Below are positions 27,313 to 33,892 of a DNA stretch of 43,479 nucleotides, one piece after another (positions within the stretch are counted from its first letter, which is position 1; every line of letters begins with the position of its first letter). Source of the stretch: an uncultured Solibacteraceae bacterium (GTDB lineage: Bacteria > Acidobacteriota > Terriglobia > 20CM-2-55-15). Position numbers and translations under genes: made by a program. The notes under the pieces were generated by a model that ran no database searches, was not told the DNA's origin, and saw only the letters and a list, made by a program, of their open reading frames with translations. Location of the stretch: NCBI GenBank assembly GCA_964541075.1, contig CAZIPZ010000003.1:1-43479 (forward strand). Reading direction: 5' to 3'.

Positions 27313-28174
27313 GTTCTTCAATCCACCGGAGAAAAAGATTGCGGTCCCTGGATATTCCGTCCCACGCCCGGTAAAACGTGTCATCGCGCGGATAGTAACC
27401 TTGTGTATATGAAGGTCTGGCTCCCTGAGGTGCGTGCACGACAGCAGTTACGACCCATGAAGGCAGCACGATGCCGTTAGGCGCAGGTCGAACTGTATCG
27501 CAGATCTCCTCAACCGTAACGATGGATCGCCTTGAGGCAAGAACAGTCTCCTTTTGAATTCCGGTCACTCCCCACAGTGAAACGTTGCCCTCACGATCTG
27601 CCTGTTGGGCGTGAATAATCGCTACATCCGGGCGAATAGCTCGCACGGCCATAATCTCCGCGCCTGTGAAGGGACACTTAATGGGCGCGACTGTTTTGGT
27701 GTGTTTCAAGAGGTCATTGCCGGCATAGCCGATCAAAACGCCAAATGGGAGTCCTGCAGCGCCGGCCGTGATCGCTGCGGCCAGCCCAGCGTGGCTGTGT
27801 TCTTCGATTTCGAGAGGATTTGGCCAGTGGTTTTCAACGGCGTCGCGAAATCGCGGGGACAGCCCCACGCCAGGGTTTCCAGCCCACGAAAAAATCATCT
27901 TTCGCGCACATCCGGCTCCGATCATCTGATCGTAAATGAGATCAGGGGTCAGGCGGATCAGGGTTAAATCGCGCCGTTTCTGTCGAATAATTTCGTGTCC
28001 TGCAGCGAATGGAATCAGGTGGCTGAAACCCTCAGCCGCGATCGAATCGCCGTTATGCACCAGTTCGGTAATTGCTTCTTTAAGAGTACAAATCTCCGCC
28101 ATACCGCCATGCTTTTGCAAGCAGGCTTCCAGGAGTTCCAAAACCCCGGCGCCTAAAGACAACGATTGCGGCAC
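27296..28174 (-). CDS. CoA-transferase subunit A (glutaconate / 3-oxoacid CoA-transferase family I)
   Basis: Alpha-subunit features (LKEAI.ELV.NGDSIA.EGF, AITAGAAGLPF, DVAIIHAQQADREGN). The GTG at 28174 or the ATG at 28102 are possible starts. Confidence 0.8.
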   Translation of the reverse strand: MPQSLSLGAGVLELLEACLQKHGGMAEICTLKEAITELVHNGDSIAAEGFSHLIPFAAGHEIIRQKRRDLTLIRLTPDLIYDQMIGAGCARKMIFSWAGNPGVGLSPRFRDAVENHWPNPLEIEEHSHAGLAAAITAGAAGLPFGVLIGYAGNDLLKHTKTVAPIKCPFTGAEIMAVRAIRPDVAIIHAQQADREGNVSLWGVTGIQKETVLASRRSIVTVEEICDTVRPAPNGIVLPSWVVTAVVHAPQGARPSYTQGYYPRDDTFYRAWDGISRDRNLFLRWIEEHVEHN

Positions 28175-28332
28175 GGCGCTGCGCGCTGCTGTGGAAGGGC
28201 CTCACAAACCAACCCGACACGGGTAGGATTGGCGGCAGGAGTGTGTCCCTAAGCTTCCATTCAACAGAGTTGTGCTACCACAACCTTCACTTTCTCCACG
28301 CTTAATTTGCTGGAACCCTAATGGAATGTCTA

Positions 28333-28348
28333 CGGCACAGCTATTGCA
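28333..28348 (+). promoter_or_regulatory. candidate sigma-54 (-24/-12) promoter
   Basis: CGGCACAGCTATTGCA compared with the consensus TGGCACG-N4-TTGCW. GG (28334-35) and GC (28346-47) have the exact spacing. It lies about 50 nt upstream of the GTG start of the A-T gene. Confidence 0.5.
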
Positions 28349-28398
28349 AGGTCAGACGCGTGGTCGGAGCGGCTAATTCGACAAAGGAGTAATAGTAC

Positions 28399-30255
28399 GT
28401 GGAAAAGAGCAACGGAACTTCAGATAGCGTTCTTCTGCATCGAAGCATTCCTCGGTTAGTGGAGGATCAGTCTGTCACTCGGCCTGACACAGTAGCGGTT
28501 TTTGCAGGGCCCCTAGTCATAACCTACAAAGAGCTGGTTGATCGAGCCACGATGCTGGCGGGATATCTTCAGGAAAGCGGTGTTCTAACGGACACCGTCG
28601 TCGCCTTATGCATGAAGAGTTCGATCGCCATGGTGGTTGGAGCTCTCGGCGTGTTCAAAGCGGGCGCTGCATATTTGCCTCTGGATCCGTCCTTTCCCGA
28701 AAAACGGCTTTCATACACTCTGGGCGACGCCCAGACGACAATGGTAATCACAACACGGGATGAGGCGCGCAACATTCCTGAGGGTCCTTGGAAAATCGTC
28801 GAGCTCGATGAAAGAGGCGTTCTTCTAAACTCCAGAGGCGCAACGCCGAAAGCCGCGAACATTAAAGAGAATGATCTTGCCTACGTCATCTACACCTCCG
28901 GTTCCACCGGCCAGCCGAAGGGTGTGGAAGTCACCCATGGCAATTTGAGGAACCTGCTGAGCTGGCACCAGGCCGCTTTTTCGACAACGGCCGCAGATCG
29001 GGCGACGCTTATTGCAGGCGTCGCCTTCGATGCTGCGGTGTGGGAATTGTGGCCGTATTTGACAGTTGGGGCCAGCCTGCACGTTCCCTCGGAAGCCGTG
29101 CGCACCGACCCGGAGGCAATGCGAAATTGGCTTGTCGACCAGAAAATCACGATCAGCTTTCTACCGACCGCGATGGCTGAACGCGTCATGAGGCTCGAGT
29201 GGCCGCCGGATACGGCTCTCAGAACGTTACTCACCGGCGCCGACACGCTGCATCAGTATCCAACGTGCGCACTGCCGTTTGTTCTTGTGAACAACTACGG
29301 ACCAACCGAGTGCACAGTTGTTGCGACGTCTGGGGTGGTGTCATGCGTGGAAAAATTCACTGAGTTGCCCAGTATCGGCCGGCCTATCACAAACTCACGG
29401 GTCTATATACTTGATGAACAACAGAATCCAGCGCCCGCGGGCGAGCCCGGAGAACTCTATGTAGCCGGACGCAACGTGGCTCGCGGGTATCGGAATCATC
29501 CGGAGCTCTCCGCAGCAAAGTTCCTTCACGATCCCTTTGTGGACGGCGACCGCATGTATAGGACCGGGGATCTGGGGCGTTACACAAGCGACGGCCAAAT
29601 CGCTTTTCTCGGGCGGATTGATGATCAGATCAAACTTCGCGGTTATCGCATCGAACCAAATGAGGTCGTTGGCGTTCTGAATCAGCACCCGGGTATCTCA
29701 GAAAGCGCGCTGGTTGCGCAGACATTTTCCGGTGATGAAAAAAGGCTCGTGGCCTATGTCGTTCCGGAATCCACATCAGTACTTGAAAGTGACGGCATCC
29801 TGGAGTTTCTGCGGACGAGACTTCCCGATTACATGACACCCTCGGCTTTTGTGCTGTTGGACCAACTGCCTCTGACGCACAGCGGAAAGCTCGACCGCGC
29901 CGCGCTTCCGGAGCCAAGCCCCGGGAATACGCTCGGAAGCAAATCGTGTGTCGGCCCGCAGTCTCCTGTAGAGGAGCGCATGGCGCTTCTTCTAGCGGAG
30001 CTTCTGGATGTAGACCGAATCGCGATGAACGACAACTTCTTCCATCTTGGCGGCCATTCTTTGCTGGGAGCGCAACTGATCGCCCGGATTCGGGATGTGT
30101 TTGGAGTGGAGGTTTCACTGCGAACGCTTTTTGACAATCCTACAGTTGAAGGAATTTCCGCTCAGATCGAGGAACTCATTCTTGAAATGTTGGAAGAGTT
30201 CAGTCCGATTGAGGGACAAGGCATTTTGGCTAGCGAAGGCAGACCTGCGGCGTAA
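28399..30255 (+). CDS. stand-alone NRPS adenylation-thiolation (A-T) didomain protein, predicted Leu-activating
   Basis: All ten A-domain core motifs are readable: TYKEL, FKAGAAYLPLDP, LAYVIYTSGSTGQPKGV, FDAAVWE, NNYGPTE, GELYVAGRNVARGY, YRTGDL, GRIDDQIKLRGYRIE, LPDYMTP, SGKLDR. The carrier-protein motif FFHLGGHSLL follows. AAGGAG lies 9 nt upstream of the GTG. No C, E or TE domain. Confidence 0.9.
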   Translation: MEKSNGTSDSVLLHRSIPRLVEDQSVTRPDTVAVFAGPLVITYKELVDRATMLAGYLQESGVLTDTVVALCMKSSIAMVVGALGVFKAGAAYLPLDPSFPEKRLSYTLGDAQTTMVITTRDEARNIPEGPWKIVELDERGVLLNSRGATPKAANIKENDLAYVIYTSGSTGQPKGVEVTHGNLRNLLSWHQAAFSTTAADRATLIAGVAFDAAVWELWPYLTVGASLHVPSEAVRTDPEAMRNWLVDQKITISFLPTAMAERVMRLEWPPDTALRTLLTGADTLHQYPTCALPFVLVNNYGPTECTVVATSGVVSCVEKFTELPSIGRPITNSRVYILDEQQNPAPAGEPGELYVAGRNVARGYRNHPELSAAKFLHDPFVDGDRMYRTGDLGRYTSDGQIAFLGRIDDQIKLRGYRIEPNEVVGVLNQHPGISESALVAQTFSGDEKRLVAYVVPESTSVLESDGILEFLRTRLPDYMTPSAFVLLDQLPLTHSGKLDRAALPEPSPGNTLGSKSCVGPQSPVEERMALLLAELLDVDRIAMNDNFFHLGGHSLLGAQLIARIRDVFGVEVSLRTLFDNPTVEGISAQIEELILEMLEEFSPIEGQGILASEGRPAA

Positions 30256-30285
30256 GTCCGCATCGAGACGCAAGAGAGGAGACAG

Positions 30286-31530
30286 ATGGGCGTTCAAGAC
30301 GTTAAAGAGGTCGTCAGTCCGCCACCGAGTTTGTATCACCTAATCGATCCCGAAGTACTGGCGAATCCTTACCCCTTGTACCACCGGCTGCGGTCCGAGC
30401 GCCCTGTGCACTGGGATCCGTTTCTCCATTCCTGGGTGGTGACACGTTACGTGGATGTTGTGCGTGTTTTGCACCACTTCAGCGCCGATCGAACTCCGAC
30501 TCCCGATCAACTGACCGCCAAGGGACTCTCCGAACTGAATCCGATCGCCCAAGTTATGGTGCGTCAGATGTTGTTCATGGACGCTCCAGACCATACGCGG
30601 CTGCGCGCTCTGGCGCAGGCGGCTTTTACATGTGGGCGCGTCGAGCGTCTTCGTTCTCACATTCAGGAGATTGCTGATGGATTGCTCAGCAAGGTGATCG
30701 CATCCGGCCGCATGGATGTCATTTCGGACTTTGCAAGTCCGCTGCCGGCAATCGTGACTGCCGAAATGCTGGGAGTTCCCACCAAGGATCATGCCCAGCT
30801 GAAAGCGTGGTCCGCGGACTTCGCTGAGATGCTCGGAAACTTTCAGCACAATCCGGGCCGGATCGCACGCGTGCTGGAAAGTGTCGAGGCAATGACGTCC
30901 TATTTTCGATCGGCCATGCGGGAGCAACGGGAGCACCCGCGGGACGGCCTGATAACCGCCATGATGAATGCGGAAGTTAACGGAGCCCGGCTGACTGAAG
31001 AGGAAATCGTCGCGAACATTATCGTCACCATGGTCGGAGGTCAGGAGACGACAACGAACTTGATCGGAAACGGCATTCTTTCGCTGCTGTGCAATCCTCA
31101 TCAGCTTGAGAAGCTGCGAAACGACTCGTCCCTCATCCCATCCGGAATCGAAGAGCTTCTTCGCTACGAAAGCCCAAGCCAACACACTGCTCGCATTGCT
31201 CCGGACAATGTCGAGATGGGAGGCCAACGCATCAAGAAAGGACAAGCGGTAGTCGCCGTGATGGCCGCAGCAAATCGCGACCCAGAGCGCTTCCCCGATC
31301 CCGACCGTCTCGATGTCGAACGTAAGGACAATCGACATGTCGCTTTCGGATGGGCCGCGCACTTCTGCTTTGGGGCTCCGCTGGCTCGTCTTGAGGGTCA
31401 GATTTCATTCGAGACCATTTTGCGGAGGCTGCCGAATTTGGCGCTTGATGCCTCAAAGCCGGTCGTCTGGCGCCACAACCTCGGCCTCCGGGGCCTGAAC
31501 GCCCTTCATGTGACATTTGGGAACGGATAA
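30286..31530 (+). CDS. cytochrome P450
   Basis: I-helix GGQETTTN, K-helix EELLRYESP (ExxR), and the Cys-ligand loop FGWAAHFCFGAPLAR. It starts 30 nt after the A-T stop and is preceded by GAGAGGAG. Confidence 0.92.
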   Translation: MGVQDVKEVVSPPPSLYHLIDPEVLANPYPLYHRLRSERPVHWDPFLHSWVVTRYVDVVRVLHHFSADRTPTPDQLTAKGLSELNPIAQVMVRQMLFMDAPDHTRLRALAQAAFTCGRVERLRSHIQEIADGLLSKVIASGRMDVISDFASPLPAIVTAEMLGVPTKDHAQLKAWSADFAEMLGNFQHNPGRIARVLESVEAMTSYFRSAMREQREHPRDGLITAMMNAEVNGARLTEEEIVANIIVTMVGGQETTTNLIGNGILSLLCNPHQLEKLRNDSSLIPSGIEELLRYESPSQHTARIAPDNVEMGGQRIKKGQAVVAVMAAANRDPERFPDPDRLDVERKDNRHVAFGWAAHFCFGAPLARLEGQISFETILRRLPNLALDASKPVVWRHNLGLRGLNALHVTFGNG

Positions 31531-31710
31531 ATGATTCAGACGGAGGCTTCTTCCAGTTCCGCTTCCAGGCGCGCTCTCCTGGAAAAGTCCCTCCAGGCGA
31601 ATAACAAGAAAAAAACTGAAAGGCGCACAGCCAATCCTCCCCGGTCGAGTGGCGATCCAGCGCCCGGTGAGGAAGTCCAAATGCAGCCTGAACAGCAGAA
31701 TTTCGTCTAA
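31531..31710 (+). CDS. 59-aa hydrophilic ORF, start abutting the P450 stop (uncertain coding status)
   Basis: TAAATG junction with the P450. My hand translation is MIQTEASSSSASRRALLEKSLQANNKKKTERRTANPPRSSGDPAPGEEVQMQPEQQNFV. It falls just below the 60-aa cutoff of the supplied ORF track. Confidence 0.3.
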   Translation: MIQTEASSSSASRRALLEKSLQANNKKKTERRTANPPRSSGDPAPGEEVQMQPEQQNFV

Positions 31711-31721
31711 CGGAGGCAAAA

Positions 31722-32006
31722 ATGGATTTCGACATCTTTAAGGGCAAATGGAAACAGATGAAGGGAGATCTGAAGGCCAAGTGGGGCCAGATCACTGACG
31801 ACGAATGGACTGAGATTAACGGTGATCGCGACAAGTTGATCGGCCGGCTTCAGGAAAGGTATGGTCGCGCGAAAGATGATGTCCGGACTGAGGTGGACGA
31901 CTTTTTCAGGAACATCGATCTCACCCGCCGGGACCGAACCGGCGTTGACGACATCAGTGGCGAGGAAAGGACTCCCAAACCCGGCCGCGATCGCAAGGTA
32001 TCCTAG
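31722..32006 (+). CDS. CsbD-family stress-response protein
   Basis: GKWKQMKGDLKAKWGQITDDEWTEINGDRDKLIGRLQERYG is the CsbD signature. GGAGG lies 5 nt upstream of the ATG. Confidence 0.8.
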   Translation: MDFDIFKGKWKQMKGDLKAKWGQITDDEWTEINGDRDKLIGRLQERYGRAKDDVRTEVDDFFRNIDLTRRDRTGVDDISGEERTPKPGRDRKVS

Positions 32007-32067
32007 GCGTTTTTCCTACTGCCCACAGTCCTCTAAATCCGGCGGTATCTCAGTTCCAAGTCGCTGC

Positions 32068-32093
32068 AAATGGCGCCAACAATGGCGCCATTT
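32068..32093 (+). terminator. candidate intrinsic terminator hairpin after csbD-like gene
   Basis: AAATGGCGCC-AACAAT-GGCGCCATTT forms a perfect 10-bp stem with a 6-nt loop, 62 nt after the stop. The U-tract is short (TTTGTGAT), so strength is uncertain. Confidence 0.45.
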
Positions 32094-32569
32094 GTGATCC
32101 TTGCTGCCGGCAGCGCAGATGGAAGCTCTCTTAGAAAGCATTCCATACCGCCTGGAATCAAGCGCCAGCGCTCCCACAACCCGGAGGCGCTGAATCTCTC
32201 TTCAAGCCAGACGCTCCGTCGCCACAATCGCGGAAGCCCTCAATGCGGAGCAAGCGAAAACAATACTCAACGCTTTAGGATTGCGCGAACAGGCCGTAGT
32301 GCGCCTAGCGATCCATTCCTTTCAAAATCAGGCCGAAATGACACCGATTGTCCGCCGGGTGCTGCTGAGTTGAGCCAATTTGGCATCGAGCCTCAGTTAG
32401 CGGGATCGCCTGAATAGGGGTATGGAGGCGGAACTCGGTGTTCCTCCATCGTTTCATCAACGGAATCAATCAACTAACCCCAAGGACGATCATGGAAGCG
32501 CGCGTGCTGATTGTGGCCGCGTTACTCTTCAACAAGAGAGAGAACCAAACGACAACAAGGAGAAAACCC

Positions 32570-33094
32570 ATGATCGCAAGAGTGCGCAAAACCAGTTTGA
32601 TCGGCTTCCTAATGATTCTTGGCTTAACGTTTCTTCTAACGGCGGGTGAGGCCGTCGCGCAAATCCGTCCGGCATATACCAAAAACGTCGATGAACGTGG
32701 TCGGATACCATACCAGCAGAGGGCCAGCCAGATCGGTTTCATTGCCGGCTGTGATCAGACGAACTGCAACTTGGACCTGCCCCCAGCTCCCGCCGGAAAA
32801 CGTCTGGTGGTCGAGCACGTCTCCATCCTTCACTGGTGCGTTGGGCAGGCTCCCGCGCTCAGCACCATAGATCTTCAGTCCATGGAGCCAGGCAATCTCT
32901 TTCCGCGAGCCTTTCTGCCTGTCGCCGCGGTTGGGTTTTCTGGCGCGTATCAAGCCGTCGTAGATAAGCCGGTTCGTTTATACGTCGAGCCAGGACATTT
33001 TCCGCGAGTGTACACGCAGTACACCTGCAATATGGGGACGTATTTCAGGATGGACGTAAGTGTCGTCGGCTATTTGATCGACGCGACGAACTAA
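32570..33094 (+). CDS. hypothetical secreted protein (174 aa)
   Basis: The ATG at 32570 is preceded by AAGGAG 8 nt upstream. Signal peptide MIARVRKTSLIGFLMILGLTFLLTAGEAVA/Q. The mature part contains Cys residues and has no motif I can name. The upstream 132 nt of the ORF is rejected. Confidence 0.55.
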   Translation: MIARVRKTSLIGFLMILGLTFLLTAGEAVAQIRPAYTKNVDERGRIPYQQRASQIGFIAGCDQTNCNLDLPPAPAGKRLVVEHVSILHWCVGQAPALSTIDLQSMEPGNLFPRAFLPVAAVGFSGAYQAVVDKPVRLYVEPGHFPRVYTQYTCNMGTYFRMDVSVVGYLIDATN

Positions 33095-33266
33095 ATTTGG
33101 ATTGGGCGGAGTTGGATCGATGCGGTCATCGCAATTTGCCACGGACAGGTTCGCTGGATCCGACGGTATTCCAACTTCGATTTTCCTCCGCCATCCAACC
33201 GACTAGCGTGACGACCGCTATGCCAAGGGTCTCTGGAGTCACTATGGTCGCGACTTCGGCTAACAA
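33095..33266 (-). pseudogene. decayed fragment of an rve/integrase-type transposase N-terminal region (multiple frameshifts)
   Basis: Minus-strand translation split over three frames gives ..TIVTPETL / WH.GR.. / MAEENRSW / YRRIQ / ANL... This resembles the conserved V.P.TLLRWHR ... RMA.ENP.WGYRRIQGEL..LG segment of IS481/IS3-like transposases, recalled from memory. No intact ORF, catalytic domain or inverted repeats are present. Confidence 0.35.
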
Positions 33267-33457
33267 TCTACGGCTGAGCAATTTCGCTTCGATTGCAGAC
33301 CGTGGACAGCTGGCCTATCATTGACACCGGCTTCGGCATGGCCGCCGAAGTACACGATTCTCTTCCACCACGAAACACAACCCTGAAATCAACAAAACTT
33401 AAGATAGACTAGGGATTCTAGAGGACTGCCTTCCCAGTTAGAGATAAAATCTTGAAA

Positions 33458-33793
33458 ATGACCAAGGAAGATTTGTTTGAGCAAGCTGTAGACGCCTTTA
33501 GCGAGCAGAGGCTTGATGAGTCGATTGAGAAGTACAAAAAAGCTCTCGATATCGATCCGACCTATCAGGATGCCCTGCATGGACTTGGGATGGCTTTTTT
33601 TAACAGCGGGCGTGTTGATGAAGCCGTCGAAACAGCTAAGAAGCTAATCGAAATTGACAAGGAAGACATTCTGGCCCATACCAGTCTATCAATGTTCTAC
33701 CAGTCGCAGGGTCGGATTGAAGAGGCCGAAAAAGAGGGGAACGTTGCTCGGATCCTTGGATGGAAGCAGGAGCTTCGCCAGGATCAGAAATAG
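33458..33793 (+). CDS. TPR-repeat protein
   Basis: About three TPR units (..AV.AF...R.DESIE.YKKALDIDP.Y.DALHGLGMAF...GR.DEAVE..KK.IEID..). ATG at 33458; the ORF track begins at the TTG at 33452. Confidence 0.75.
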   Translation: MTKEDLFEQAVDAFSEQRLDESIEKYKKALDIDPTYQDALHGLGMAFFNSGRVDEAVETAKKLIEIDKEDILAHTSLSMFYQSQGRIEEAEKEGNVARILGWKQELRQDQK

Positions 33794-33892
33794 GGGTTTA
33801 CGGGGCTGAAACGGCCTGCCGGTTTGACTTACATCCGTACGGATGAGAGACTAGCCTAACTCTAAGCCTCGCCTGCCCTTGGCTGAAACAAT

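Noticed and set aside
30340-31362. 340-aa ORF on the minus strand
   Set aside because: It is antisense to the P450 gene. The plus-strand frame carries the ExxR and FxxGxHxCxG haem-ligand motifs, and the antisense frame has none.
32070-32417. 115-aa plus-strand ORF in the gap after the csbD-like gene. Separately, a start-less open frame at 32194-32373 with faint HTH or integrase-like wording.
   Set aside because: The 115-aa product is Ser/Arg/Pro-rich with no RBS and no motifs. The other frame has no usable start, and my similarity impression is too weak to call a feature. It is mentioned only as possible debris in a finding.
33097-33324. 75-aa TTG-initiated plus-strand ORF
   Set aside because: It has no RBS and no motifs. 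The opposite strand of the same DNA gives frameshifted transposase-like fragments, so the region is better explained as decayed IS sequence.
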